64,000 nt of DNA from Camelus dromedarius (lineage: Eukaryota): NCBI RefSeq assembly GCF_036321535.1, contig NC_087437.1, forward strand, positions 51,090,001-51,154,000. Reading direction: 5' to 3'. Shown here in pieces: positions 1 to 13,654 of this stretch; the stretch's first letter is position 1; each line of letters opens with the position of its first letter. The translations under genes and the position numbers were made by a program. A model generated the notes under the pieces. It did not search any database, had not been told where the DNA came from, and worked only from the letters and a program-made list of their open reading frames with translations.

Positions 1-269
1 GACAGTATTGTGTAAATTGTCTGTGGTTATACATCTGACCAGTTAGTTTTTCACTGCCTATGAATCATACCATTACGACATACTTTTCCTAAGAGCGTAC
101 TTTTCCATACTTTATTAACTACAGGGTTATGATTTTTAAAATAGATACTTGCTTTTGTATGCTTCTAGTATTTAAAACTCCTGGAGAAGTAATCTGTTAT
201 GATCAACCACACCTCTGTGTTTTTCTAACAAATAATATATATAAGTCTTTCATTACACATTAATTTACA

Positions 270-405
270 TGTATGTTTCCCTTACTAGATAGAGAACTTC
301 TTGGTGTTTGGGACCTTTTCTTAATTGTCTTTTATGTCACTAGGGTCTAGCATGGTGCCTAGCATATAGTAAATGCTCTTTTTATGTTGAGTGAATTCTG
401 AATGT
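270..405 (+). mobile_element. L2 3' end
   Basis: tctagcatggtgcctagcatatagtaaatgctc...tgttgagtgaat. Confidence 0.62.
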
Positions 406-1261
406 ATGATGCAGGCTCTTCCATTTGTAGTTGACTGTTTGTTTGGAAATTTTTAGTTATCCTGAGCAGAGACCTTTCATATTCTTTGTGACACCACGCA
501 GAATTATTATAATCCCTTTTCTGTATAGCTGTTGTTCAGATATTTTAAAAGCAATTGTTGGGTCTCTTTCAATCTCTTCCCAGCCAGATATTCACATTTG
601 CTTCATTTGTCACTCATATAACTTTGTGTTCCTATGCCATTCAGGTTATATTTTCTGACACACTCCAGTTTGTCTGTATTCTTAAAATATTCTTCTTAGA
701 ACTGAATTTTAAACTTCAGGTGTGCAACCAAAATAAAATAGGACAGAACATTAACATGTGTCCTAGATTTAATTATAACTTGGTTTTTTTTACAAGCCTT
801 TTAAGATGTTTCTTGCATCAGGTATCTAAAGTAATGTGATGAGTAGGTGAGATCTTCTGCAACTACCTTGAAACTTGGGGTTAATCTTACCTCTGGACCA
901 AAGCGTGTGTGTATGTACTTCATGCAGTCTGTATCTTCTCACCACAGCACATTATGAAGAACATGGATAGATTCTGCTCCCAAAGACCATCTGTTTTGCA
1001 TTTGGCCCAGTTGCTATGACCATCCTCAGCCAACTTCCTAAAAGCTATGATTATATACTTTACTTTTAGGTGCAAGACAGTTACTAAATGTATGCTAGGT
1101 TCAGGACCTATACAGGGATTGTAAAGATGGAGAACACATGGTTCCTGTGTTAGCAGACTATTCCTGCCCTTGGTGCATGAGAGACTAGACTGGGCCGGGC
1201 CCTCAAGAGAACACCCTAGTGAGTGAGCCTCGTCACAATGTTCATATCTCATTAAAAAAAT

Positions 1262-1457
1262 AAGCATGGCCCTGGAGCCTGTTTTGTGAGTTTAAATCTC
1301 TGCTTCACTTGCTGCATGACCTCGGGAAGGTTAGTTATTCAGTCTCTGTGTCTCAGAGGGTATGTTTCATAGTGTGATTATAAAGACTAGATAAAATAAT
1401 AGATGTAAAGGGCTTAGAACAGTGGTTGGATCATAGTAAACAATGTAAGTGTTTGCT
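1262..1457 (+). mobile_element. MIR SINE
   Basis: MIR core and tail: tgacctcgggaaggtta...tgtaaagggcttagaacagtg. Confidence 0.7.
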
Positions 1458-3405
1458 TCTGCTGGTATTATACGGAACAGAATGTGTTTGCCCTGAAAGG
1501 AAAAAAACTTAATGGAATGTTTCAGGTTTTTTTGGAAGTCATGTGGAGGAAGAATTTATTTGTGATTCCAGAAAACATACTAGAACTAACATGCAGGAAG
1601 AAGATGAAATTTTTTGTAACAGAGCTGTTCAGAAGTGTAATAGAGAATCTCATTAAGTAGTGAGTTCTGGGTCACTAGAAGTGATCCTAAAAGACTGGTT
1701 GGCCATTTGAATTAATTAGTTGGGTGAGGAGTTGTACTCCATTCTGTATTTCCAGTGAAGCCATTTTTTTTAGCCCTGTATTCTGTGTTTTCCTTCTTGG
1801 TCATCAATACTTTCTACCTTCTATGAGGTATCTAGAAATATAGATGTGAGTTCAGGGGAAGCAGTCCTTTTTTGTGTGAAATACATATATTTTTTGAAGT
1901 ATGATGTTTCCATAGCTGATGTCTTGCCTCTTGGTAGGTCTTGGATTGCTTTTCTGCTTCCAAAAGTATCGTTAGGGAGGAATTTCTTATTAAAAATGTT
2001 ATTCCTTTTTCCTGGCCTTTGTACTTATCTGCCTGTGTGTCTTCCCTGACAGCAGTCCTTCCTGTCCATTCACTAGAGATTAGCCTATATTTAGACTATG
2101 TACGTAAATTGAGGAGCTCAGCTAATTTACTATATCCGCTGTAAGAGAAAATTCAGCGTATAAACAACGTGATTGACGACAAATATTGCAGAATGAATTT
2201 AGGCTACCCACTTAGCTTTACTGTATTTTAAATGACTAAATTTGTCATCAAAAGAATTTCCTTTAATTATTCTTCTTAAGTCCACTGTGTCTTTAGTCCC
2301 CACTGTGTCTCTGGCTTTGGACCCCTTTTCAAACTGCTGTCTCAAGTTGACCTTCTCATTTGACGACAAGCCTGTCTGTCTGTCTGAATCTATACCGATT
2401 TCATAGCTACTTTTCTTACTAACTCAGCTCGTGTTCGGCTGGTTTCTTCCATCCAGGGAACTCTAGTTTGCTTTGCTTTCTTTCTTCTCTGGTTTATGGT
2501 ACAGCTGTTGCTTTCCTACTTTGCAGGCTGCTTTCATACTCAGAGCTTTTTCCTGTCCTGGTGGCCTTGGCTTTGTGCCTGGCAGTTTACATGTGTTGCT
2601 AGACTCCTCTCAGGTTGTGTTCTTGGACTCTGTCCTTACTGAATTCATGTCTCTCCTTAGTTTTCTGAAAGCACATGCCACTGAAAGTTCCTTTCTCCCT
2701 GCAGTCTTGGCATCCTCTCTTGTTATACTGATTCCAAGCCAGTGATTCATTTTCGTTTTAAAACATGCTCTTTTCCCCCCATTAACTTAAATCATATGAT
2801 TTTTGAATATATGAAGGTCTCAATTAAAGTTGTAAACTTTTTCTTATGGAAAATTCTAGACATATACAAAGTAGAGTATATTGAACCTTCATGTACCGAA
2901 TGCCAATTATCAACAGCTCACCAGTCTTTCTCATCAATATTCCTTTTTTCTTCCCTTCACGAATTAAATTTTGACTGAAAATTCTCTAGTCCAGTTAGCA
3001 TTCACAAACATTCTTTTATTCACTAAAGTTATGTAAAGTCATATGTAATTTTAAAAGTCTTCTTAACAGGTAGTTTCAAATTAATTATCACTTTCAGATA
3101 GAGCATTCATGATTTGTTTTGTTTTTCCCAGAGTGAAGACTAAATGTGTCTAAAATAGGGAACATTTACCTCACAGCCTATGTCTGTCGTGGATTTTTGT
3201 CAAGGATTTTTGCTCTAATGTTGTGACATCCATCAAATCATCTTAGTTCCTTGTCTAAGTTGCAATTTTTCTTTTATAGTTTAGCATTTTAGCAATATTC
3301 AGCATACTGTTTTAGCATCAAATGAGGAAATCTAAATGATTATCAGGAGGATGTGAATTTCTAACTCATCCATTATGACGAAACTTTTCTAGAATAAGAG
3401 GGTGA

Positions 3406-3558
<153 letters not shown>

Positions 3559-5089
3559 TAACCAAACATTGCTCCCCAGAAATGAAGTCTCTCTTTTCAC
3601 CTGGTACTTGAAGCAGTAGGTTAGGCCTTCTGAGAGAAGAGACCAAGGATAGTGGAAGCAGGATAAATCTTTTTGAGTGTGTTTTGCTTACTGCCTCAAC
3701 ACTCCTTTGTCCTCTGAAAGCTGGGGTAAGGGTCACTTTACAGCAGAATATAAATTCTTCAGAAAGAGAAATTGGTCACATATAATTGGAAGACCTGAGT
3801 CTCTAATCAGAGTGTACTGTTACTAGGTTACCTGGTGCTAAGTGACTGAAATCTTTTTTTTTACATTTTACTTTTTCTATAAAATGAGGCACAAATAATA
3901 AGCCTTGTCTGTTTATTTCATAAGAATAAAGAATATATGTATCTCCTAGGGATAAAGATAAACATGAACATGTTTTAGAAGATACAAGGAACAATGCAAG
4001 GTTGTAATACTTCTGATTTGTATTGTAAAAAATCTTTCACTGACATATCTGCATTATATATTATGTAACCATTATAAATTATATTTTACAAAATATTTTC
4101 TATAAATGGGGAAAAACTACCATTATAGTAAGTGAGAAGCACAAAGTGTAAAACTATATGTATGGAATGAGATTAGCCGTGATTTTAAATAGGTGGGAAA
4201 AACACAAAAGAAATATACTAAAATGTTGGAGTAATTGAAGTAATGACATTATGGGCAATTTCTCTTGCCCTTTTTTCCCGTGGGTTTTTTTCCTTCAATT
4301 TTATATAATAAGCATATGATTTTTATAGTTGGAAGACAAACCATTTTTTTATATTTCCTGTACGCCCTCTCTGTAGTAGTCTTGTGTACATTTTCTCTAT
4401 ATAAGATAAAGATAAAATCCTAGTATTGAACTTCTCCCAAAGCACACTTACTTTGTGGCTTACCACATTGTTTCTTCCCATTAATTGCTCTCGAATGAAT
4501 CTGAATACATTTGCAGAATTCCTTTTTCATTCCCTGTGTTCTGTGAGTGCACTCTTTGGCCATAAGGCATGCTGAGATTTGCCCTCCATTGGTGGTAGAT
4601 AGCACTGCTTAGCTTCATGTTTAAGTTATTTTTTAGACATCACTGTAAAACAAGGTTGCTTTATAACCTCAGAGAAGAACTGACACCAAGTAAAGAACAT
4701 ACAGCCCCTTTGTTCAGAGGGGCAGAATATGTTCCCACTTACTGAGAAGAAGGTGCAAAATAGTTTTGCTTTCCCTTTAACTTACTTTAAGCTGCATATA
4801 CCATCTTATATCACACTGGGCTGAGCCCTAAACCCTAAAATAAAGGAAATTACTTACATAGTTTTTATATGTAATGTATTGTCCTTATTACTTAGAGTCC
4901 TTGGTAAATGACTGAGACACAGCTTTAAAATGACAGCATTTATTTCTTACCAGGTTTTCCTTAATTTTTCTATTTATTATGTGTTGATTGGCCTTGAGAA
5001 CTTAAACACCTCTATTGTGACCATTGATTTTTATTTATACTGGAGTATCGTTTTTCTGTTTCTACAATAACTCTCAGAACCATCTTTGA

Positions 5090-5635
5090 TTCTTCCCTCT
5101 GGGTTCTAAATATTTGTTCAATTGCAGACCATTTCTCTTTCTTCATAATTTTTCTCATATTCTACCCTTTGCCCTTCCCACTCTTGCTAGGCTGTTATTC
5201 TGCTCTGTCTCCTGTTTAGTTTCTTTAATTCCAGTCTGTCTCCTTTCCCAGTCCATTCTGTACACCACCATAAGATTAGTCTTCCTGAAACAGAACCATT
5301 ACGCTATTACTCTCTGAGAAGCTTTGATTGAAAGTTATTCAAATTCAAACTCCCCTGCCTGCTATTTAGGGCTCTTCACATTTTGACTCAACATACTTCC
5401 CCCAAATTATCCCAGGCTAATTCCTTTATGAACATCCTGCTCCAGCCAGGTCAGTTTCTTCTGTCCCAGAAATGCCTTGGGCCTCCTCTTGAGTTTTCTG
5501 TCATGCTCTTCCCTCCTCAGATGCCTGTGTGAATTCTTTCCATTCTTCAAGTTTCTTTGTGACTTTTTCTGACCATTAAAGTCCATAGCTATCTCTCTGT
5601 ATTCTGAAATTCTGTAGTACATAACAGTCTGCATT
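5090..5635 (+). mobile_element. L2 fragment
   Basis: Pyrimidine-rich L2 motifs (ccagtccattctgtacaccac, tttccattcttcaag). Confidence 0.5.
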
Positions 5636-7051
5636 TGATACTGTAATAGTTACATGATACTGTAATAGTTACATTAAATACTAAATACTCCAAGTGTAGA
5701 GAGTTATGTACAATTTAAAGTTCTCAGGATGTATGAAATTCCCATATCCCGCATCCCTGACAGGAAGTAATCTAACCACTCCTCAGCCATCACCACGGAG
5801 CACAGTAATTCCCAAAACAACCCATTTATGCATTTACTAAACAAGCTTTTGGAAGATTCTTTTCATAAATTTACCTAAAACTGCCCCTCCTGGTTTTTTT
5901 AACCTTGATCTCAAACTAGTTCAATTTCTGGAGTAGCACAGAACAGGACTTTTGTTTTACAAGAATTCATAAAAATGTTTAATGATAGCCTTCATGTCTC
6001 TCCTTAAATCATTTCTTCTTCAGGCAAGACCTGTTCTTGTAACATTTGTTGTATGCTGTGCTTTCTGGTTCCTCGTGCCATTTTGATAACACTTCTGTTT
6101 TATTAATGTCTCTCTTAAAATATAGTCCCAAGAATAAAAGATAGGCCAGTGCAGATTACAGAGAATTTTTCCTGTACTCCAGCGAATATGAAAATGGAGG
6201 TAGCCTAAAGTTGCCCATATCTTTTTAGCAGTCATACTGTTGGCTAAGGTTGAAGTATTAAAACTTCAGATCTCTTCCGTGAAACTACTATAAATCTGCC
6301 CTATATTGCCTTTTCTAATAAGAACACTAGATCTCATGACTGAGTTGTCTTCTCTGTGTTGGCTTCTAAGGGACTCAGCCAGACTTGAAATCTACCTCTT
6401 GCGAGCCTTTAGAATTTTCTATTTACTAACCTGTCCCTAGCTTCGTATTTTCCCCCTCATTTTTCCTTTGTTTCCTTTCTACCCAACTTAATCATTTTTA
6501 ACAGTTGATCCTGCAGTATAATGTTTCTATTGATATGCTGCCACAAATCTTTTTTTAAAAATGAGAGGATATAAATTAAAACATAAGAATAAGAACTTAA
6601 ACTCTTTGTATACAATTGTAAACTTTTTTGTTTATATTATTAACATTCCCTCAGTTTATGCTTCTTTCTCTCCTCTAAAATAAATCATTCAGGATGCTGA
6701 TATATTGCAAGTAATTAGTATTGCCTATATTACCTAAATTTTCATTCCTTTTCAAAAGTGCTTATATATCCTAAGTATATAATTGTGTCATCACACTGCA
6801 TGTATATTTTTATAGCCTGTCTTTATAGTAGCTACCTTAATGTCTGAAGTTATTTTTATTTATTTTGCTCAATTTTTTCCCCAGAAAACTGAAGGTTTTT
6901 ATTGAAGTGATGAATTGATAGTTTACATTATAAAAAAGTAGATCCTCTGATATGAAGACTTGTAGTGAGAGGAGTTTTAGGTAAGATTGTATCCTAAACT
7001 CTATAAGTAAGTGTAGTGAAACTTAATGCTCTTCCTTTTGTCTTTCAATAG

Positions 7052-7096
7052 CTGGACAGAACTTACACTGGCTTGCAGACACTTGGAGCAGAGACG
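7052..7096 (+). CDS. YEATS2: YEATS2 45-nt exon: LDRTYTGLQTLGAET
   Basis: Acceptor tctttcaatag|, donor ACG|gtaggt, phase 0-0. Confidence 0.95.
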
Positions 7097-7206
7097 GTAG
7101 GTTTTTTTCCCTGCAGTATTTGGGAACAAATAGAATGAAAATTGATCTTCATTTTTAAGTAGGAAAAAGATGTGTGCCAAATTAAAAACAAAAGTTTATT
7201 TCCCTC

Positions 7207-8755
7207 CTTTTTGTTTTGTTTTTTTTTTTTGTATTGTGATAAAATACACAAAGTTTACTATTTTAACCATTTTTAAGTGGTAAGTGGTATTAAATATATT
7301 CACATTTTTGTACAGCTGTCACTACCATACATCTCCAAAAGAACTCTTTTTGTCCTTGAAAACTGAAACCATACCCATTTACGGTAACTCACTGTCTCCC
7401 CTCAGCCCCTGGCAACCATCCTCTACTTTCTGTCTCTATGAATTTAACTACTCCAGCTACCATATAAGTGGAATTGTACAATGTTCTTTTTTTGTGACTG
7501 GCGTATTTCACTTAGCATAATGTTCTCAAGGTTCATCCATGTTTTAGCATGCATCAGAATGTCCCTACTTCTAAGGAACATTTCATTGTATGTTTACACC
7601 ACACTTTGTTCATCTACTTATCTGTCACTGAGCACTTGAGTTCCTTACATCTTTTGACTATTGTGAATAAAGCTGCTAAGAATGTGCATCTTTCTGTTTG
7701 AGTCCCTGCTTCTGTTTTTTGGGGTGTATACCCAGAAGTGAAATTGCTAGATCATACGGTAATTGTATTTTTCATTTTTTGAGGCAATGCCTTACTGTTT
7801 TCCACAGCAGCTGCACCATTTTACATTCCCACCAACAGTGCACAAGGGTTCTAATTTCTCCACATCTTTGCCAGCACTTGTTATTTTCTATTTTTTTGAT
7901 AGTCGACATCTTGTTGGGTGTCAGGTGGTATTTCATTGTGGGTTGGTTGTTTGTTTGTTTGTTTTAATGAGAGTACTGGAAATTGAACCTTGGACCTGGT
8001 GCATGCTAAGCATACACTCTACCATTGAGCTATACCCATCCCCCTCATAGGGGTTTTAATATGCATTTCCCTGATGATTATTGATATTGAGCATCTTTTC
8101 ATTTGTTTATTGGCTATTTGTGTATCTTCTTTGAGAAATGTGTATTCACATCTTTTTCTTTTAAATTGAGTTATTTGGTTTTTTTTCTGTTGGTTTTTAG
8201 TTCTCTCTATTTTTTGTATTAATCCCTTATCAGATAACATGATTTGCAGATATTTTCTCACATTCTGTGGGTTGCCTTTTCACTCTGTTGTGTCCTTTGA
8301 TGCACATAAGTTTTAAATTTTGATGTAGTTCAATTTATCTGTTTTTAATTTTGTTATCTGTGCTTTTTGTGTCATATCCAAGAAATCATTGCCTAATTCA
8401 GTGTTATGATGCTTTGCCCGCATATTTTCTTCTAAGCGTTGTGTTGTTTTAGGTCTTATGTTTAGGTCTTTGATCCATTTTGAGTTAATTTTTATAAATG
8501 GTGTAAGATAAAGGTCTACCTTCATTCTATTGCATGTGGATCTCTAGTTTTCCCACCACCATTCGTTGAAAAGACTGTCCTTTTCCTGTTCAGTAGTCTT
8601 GGCACCCTTGCCTAAAGTAATTTGATTATATATGTGAGGGTGTATTCTATTCTAGTAGTCTAACGTGTGTCTTTGTGCCAGTACCACACTGTTTTGATTA
8701 CTGTGCCTTGCAATAATAAATCTAAAGTCAGGCAATATGAGGGCTTTAGCTTTAT
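7207..8755 (-). mobile_element. L1 fragment (ORF2 C-terminal part plus 3' UTR, L1MA/MB-like)
   Basis: Poly-T start. Minus-strand ORFs show L1 ORF2 motifs (LYLTPFIKINSKWIKDLNIRPKT; KEDTQIANKQMKRCSISIIIREM). Confidence 0.88.
7945..8044 (-). mobile_element. tRNA-Ala-derived SINE (camelid Vic-1-like) nested in an L1
   Basis: The minus strand reads GGGTATAGCTCAATGGTAGAGTGTATGCTTAGCATGCACCAGGTCCAAGGTTCAATTTCCAGTAC plus an (AAAC)n tail. It interrupts the L1 motif tcattgtggttttaat. Confidence 0.85.
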
Positions 8756-8879
8756 ATTCCCACCTCATAATCTTCCCCCTTCCTTTTTGGTATTCATGAT
8801 ATAGCAGCAGTAGCCATTATAATTAGAATTAGCCGGTTAAACCTTACTCTGTTTAGGGAAATATGCTGTGTTGTGTTGA

Positions 8880-9220
8880 AAGATGTTTATTGAGCTTGTA
8901 GTCCATACTCTGCACTGGCGCAGATACTGGGAATACAAAAATGAGCAAATGAGAGTGGCTACTACTCTAAAAGAGTTATATTCTTGGTTATGTTGAGAAC
9001 AGGGAGAAGATATACAGTAAACATAAAAGCAAATAAGATAATCGCACTTACAAATAAGTAGTGAGTAGCTGGGGAACAAAGGTGCTGCTTTAGCTAGATT
9101 GGTTGGGTAGGCCTCTCTGAGAAGGTGACATTTGATTGAGACCTAATAGTGAGAAAGAGGCAGTCATGCAAAGACTGGGGAGAAGAGTGTTCTAAGGTGT
9201 AGAAACAGTAAATGGAAGTG
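8880..9220 (-). mobile_element. L2 3' fragment
   Basis: tttattgagc...ggcctctctgagaaggtgacatttgattgagacct. Confidence 0.7.
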
Positions 9221-9437
9221 CCCCAATTTTTTCATTGGTTTCATTGAGTTATCTATTAAGCCAGATTAGATTATCGTCTGGGATAAGTCCTACAGTTCTT
9301 GAGATTGAAATTGCCTTTGAAGTATGAATAGAAATCACTTACCACATCTCTTAGAGTACCATGTTTTTAGATAGGTTTAGGACTTCCTGTGGCATTGATG
9401 ATGGATTCATGAGCCCAATTGTTGCCCAATTGTGCAG

Positions 9438-9618
9438 GTAGTGGATGTTGAGCTCCATCGGCATTCTCTCGGAGAAGACTCCGTTTATCCTCAGTCGTCC
9501 GAGTCAGATATCTCGGATGCCCCGCCATCTTTGCCTTTGACCATTCCAGCCCCTGTGAAAGCTTCCTCACCAATAAAGCAGTCACATGAGCCAGTACCTG
9601 ATACCTCTGTGGAGAAAG
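9438..9618 (+). CDS. YEATS2: YEATS2 exon: VVDVELHRHSLGEDSVYPQ...PDTSVEK
   Basis: Acceptor tgtgcag|, donor AAG|gtaata, 181 nt. Lies within ORF 9432..9776. Confidence 0.95.
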
Positions 9619-9894
9619 GTAATACATTTTTCCTTGTATGGAAATGCGTTTTACCTTGTATGGAGGAGTCATTCTGGGGCATTCCTGTCTCTCATCTGAT
9701 ACTGAATTGCTGTCTTCAGAGACTTGAGTGTGTGGAAAATAAATTTTCCATAAGGCATGCTGCCTCTGCCACATAGTCATATTCTGAAAACAGACAAATC
9801 CTTACTCAGAAGTTTTTTCTTCATAAAGTTGTATTGACATTTCATAGAACACAAAACTCACATTAAAAGCATTAAAAATTTTAAATTATTTTTT

Positions 9895-10001
9895 AAAAAT
9901 GTGGAACACTCCATGAATTTGTGTGTCATCCCTGTGCAGGGGCTATGCTAATCTTCTCTGTATTGTTCCAATTTTAGTGTATGTGCTGCCAAAGTGAGCA
10001 C
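9895..10001 (-). pseudogene. RNU6: Full-length U6 snRNA retropseudogene
   Basis: The reverse complement aligns without gaps to the 107-nt U6 with 12 transitions. It has an A-rich tail remnant and an imperfect TSD (aaaagcattaaa 9865 / aaatgcattaaa 10002). Confidence 0.95.
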
Positions 10002-11276
10002 AAATGCATTAAATTTTTATTCTTTAATGATTATAATGGTTTTTTATAATATGTTATGGCAAGACTTTTCTGGTTTAGTCCTTAATTGTGTAAATGAGAA
10101 GCTTGAATATTAAGTATCTAATCTTATTTAAAATACAATATAAGATTTATCATAACAAATATATTTTGGCTGGCATTTCTTTCATTTAATAAGTATATAA
10201 GTGTATAATTAAGTATTCACTTATATAACATATACATGTATGCTATAAAATTGATTCTAAATGGTATGTTTAAGCCTATGTTTTAATGTGATGTTTGTGT
10301 TTTAGTTTCTTTTTTAAAAATCTCAACTTTATTCCTCTTTAAAGTTCAGTTACATCTTTTTATGGGCATTTAGTAAAATAGACCTTTTTATGGGCATTTA
10401 ATAAAATAGACATCATTAGATTAAGTGATTGCCTTTTGAGTTCTTCCTCTTAAACAGTTTTTCAATTCATATATAAAAAAAGGGAGAACAAAATGAACTT
10501 GTGTAAATTTTATATTATATGTTGTTTATGGTTAATAGGTCTTCTAATTTTTTGAAAGAAGTGTTTTACAAGGCTGCAGTGTTATCAATTTTCAGGTTGT
10601 ATTCCATGCACGAGGCAGCCGTTTCTTCTGTAGGATCTGATGATTACTGCTCCATCAGCGCTACTGAGAAGTAGGGGGCAGAGTCCTTCTCTGGACCACA
10701 GAGCTCTCTCTGAGTCATCCTTTCTCTTTCTCCTTTTTCCTCTCTCTCCCTCCCTCCCTCTTCCTCCCCCTCCTCTCCCAACCCACATACCCTCATAGGC
10801 TTACACCGTGCCCAGAGGAATACTCTGCTCTCTCCTCTGCTTGTTTCTGCCAAAATACTTTGTCTCTATCCTTATACCAACCTTTTGCCTTCTCCACAAA
10901 ACTCCCAAAGTAAGAAAAATTCCCTTTCCCCAAGAGTGACAGAGAAACAGTGAGACATAGTTACCAGACATAATGAGCCGTACAGCACGGGATACTGGAT
11001 GCAGCAACTTGTGTGGACTTGCGACTATAGCTCTACTGTAAATGCCCTCTCACCCTGCTACTGCATCTGGAATCCTAGCTATGGCATAAGCTTGGGAGAG
11101 ACAGGATACGGGGATGAATCTCAGGAAGAATTGACAGTAAGTTTGTGCACCCATCCAGCAGAATTGAAACTCAGGATAGAAGTATTACATTGAATTATAG
11201 AAAATGAAAGTTTAGTATATTCCTAAGTGTGTAGACTGAGGCATATTTGCTGTACAATCAAAAATATTTTTCTCAC

Positions 11277-11705
11277 TTAAAAAAATTAAGGTAAAATTTA
11301 GAAATAGTAGCATTCATCCTTTAAGTACACAGTTCTGCAAGTTTTGGCAAAAATTTAGTCTTGCAGTCATCACCACAATCATGACATGAAACTGTTCTCT
11401 CACTCCCCCAAATTCCCCAGTGTTGTTTTGTTGTCAGCCCTTCTCCCCTGGAAATCAGTGATCAGTTTTTCTCCCCATAGTTTTGGCTTTTTAAGAATGT
11501 CACAGAAATGGAATAAAAACTGTTGAAGCCTGTTGAGTCTAGCTTCTTCACTTGGAATGATGCATTTGGGATTCACCTGTGTTGTTGCATATGTCGATAG
11601 TTTGTTTCTTTTTATTACTGAGTAGAATTTGTTTGTATGTATGGACCATGGTTATTTCCAGTTTTTGGTGACTGCAAATAAGGCTGCCATGAACATTTAT
11701 ATTTA
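11277..11705 (-). mobile_element. Old L1 3' end (L1MB/MC-like)
   Basis: Typical motifs: gtacacagttctg, gctgccatgaacatt. Confidence 0.7.
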
Positions 11706-11944
11706 AAAAAAAAAAGGAAAGCATTTTAGTGAATCATGATTCTAGGCATGATATTTACATTTCACCAAATATATAAAGTTTTATTAAATACCAGTCGATT
11801 GTATTTATTTTAGTATTGGTAGATGGTTTAAATAGTTGTTAAAATGATAAGAGATTTTTATTATTTCATTCTTTTCCAACAGTGGGGTAAAGTTTTATTA
11901 TTTCAGAGTGACTGATGACTTACTGTTTGTTTTACTTCAAGCAG

Positions 11945-12184
11945 AATTCCCAGCCAGTGCTGAAGCTGAGAGACACACTACATTTTATTCTTTGCCATCT
12001 TCATTGGAACGAACACCCACCAAAATGACAGCCTCCCAGAAGGTTACCTTTTGTTCTCATGGCAATTCAGCTTTTCAGCCAATAGCGTCAAGCTGTAAAA
12101 TTGTGCCACAAAGTCAGATTCCTAATCCTGAGTCACCTGGAAAATCCTTCCAGCCTATCACTATGAGCTGCAAGATTGTTTCAG
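11945..12184 (+). CDS. YEATS2: YEATS2 exon: (E)FPASAEAERHTTFYSLPSS...MSCKIVS
   Basis: Acceptor aagcag| (NAGNAG, alternative start 11942), donor CAG|gtatac, 240 nt, phase 1-1. Confidence 0.93.
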
Positions 12185-13282
12185 GTATACATGATGTATG
12201 TGAGGTTGGTGTGTTTAAAAATTGTCAGAATGACAAAGTACTGTGGCTTGCTTGCTTTTTTTTTTTTTTTAAACAAAAGCAGGATTTTTGGTTAACAAGC
12301 AAGCTAATCACTACTGAGTATTAGCAAAGCAAAGCTGTCCAAAACAAAAGTCATTTATGTGGAAACAATTTTGGAATGAGGAAAGAAATTAAATTCAAAG
12401 CAGTCAAATTTTCATCTAGAATCAGCACAGGTAAAATGTTTGTTAGGACGTATGGTTGAAACTAAAGTAGGAATTAAGTTTTGGGGTTATATATGGAAAC
12501 CAGAATGACCAGTGATAGAAAAAAAATTAGAGGCCTTTTGGTTTGGAGTTAAGCTTCAAGGATTGGGATTCGTTTGGGATTGGAATGTCTTTTATAATCT
12601 CTAATCACACTAGAAATGTACTCAATCCTGTGATCAGTATGCAATTCTGAAGGTTCATTTTCACTGAGGTTGAATTGTCCATTGGTTCACAACAGTTTCA
12701 CATTTATGTTAGGTGAACTTCTAGTAAAAATATGCTTTATAGTTTTGGCTCAGAAAAGACATGAAAGAGTCAATAGAAATATTTAGGCCACGAGAGGCTT
12801 CTCTATAATACTTAAATGAAGAGTGGGGAGGGAGAGTCTTCAGTGTTAAAAATAGCTAGCAAGAAATGTGATCCAAGTTCTTGAAATTGTTGAAAGTTAA
12901 AGAGTGTATAATTTTACCTACCAGTTAGAAGCTTTTTGGAACCTGCTGCTTCAGAGGTGGAATAGGCTGAACATATAAAGTAGTCTGAAGTTTTGAGAAA
13001 TTTGTGGTGACAAGGTTGATCAGTAACAGCTGAGGATGTTTAGTGGTGCATTGGTAACCTTTGAGAGTATTCTCTGGAAACATGAATCTCTGGATTGTGG
13101 CTGTCACATGGTATTGAGAGAGTTTTGTTTTAGGTGGCTGAATTTTGTATTTTCCTAATGAAAATTCATTGCCACTCAAGCCTGGTTCCTAAGTCTAGCT
13201 GTTCACTTGTAATGATTTCCTCCCTAACTTTAGTGTTTTTGAGTATAACCAGTATTGTAACAACCAGCCCAAGTTGTTATTT

Positions 13283-13440
13283 CAGCAGTTCCACACTTAC
13301 ATAAAGCACTGCTTTTTGAACTTAAGCCTGCAAGAGGATCTTGTTAAAATACTGATTTATATTCAGTAGGTCTGGGGTAGGATCTCAGAATCTGTTTCTG
13401 ACAAGCTCCGTGCTGCTGCAGCTAGTGGTCCTTGGATAAG
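13283..13440. mobile_element. MER5A-like hAT MITE
   Basis: cttgttaaaatactgatt...attcagtaggtctggggtagg...agaatctgtttctgacaagctc. Confidence 0.65.
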
Positions 13441-13654
13441 GATGTAGAGAGTGAAATTCATTAATACCTGGCTTCAGCTGCTGCTGCTGCTGCTCTCAAC
13501 GTACAGTCCCATTCTGTCTTCCCAGTATGTTACCTTTGTCCCAGTGGCCCTGCCTCACTTCCATTTTCTTTAGCATCCTCTTATATGGGTTGAATACATA
13601 TTTTGTTTAGCTTATTTTTTTTCTCTTTTCTCTTTTTTTTTTTTATTAATAAAG

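Noticed and set aside
6907..6950. Box C (GTGATGA) ... box D (CTGA) ~100 nt upstream of an acceptor
   Set aside because: Only 44 nt, with no terminal stem and no recognisable guide. Too short for a C/D snoRNA.
7698..8525. Several 70-95 aa ORFs
   Set aside because: Broken L1 ORF2 fragments and their antisense frames, not host genes.
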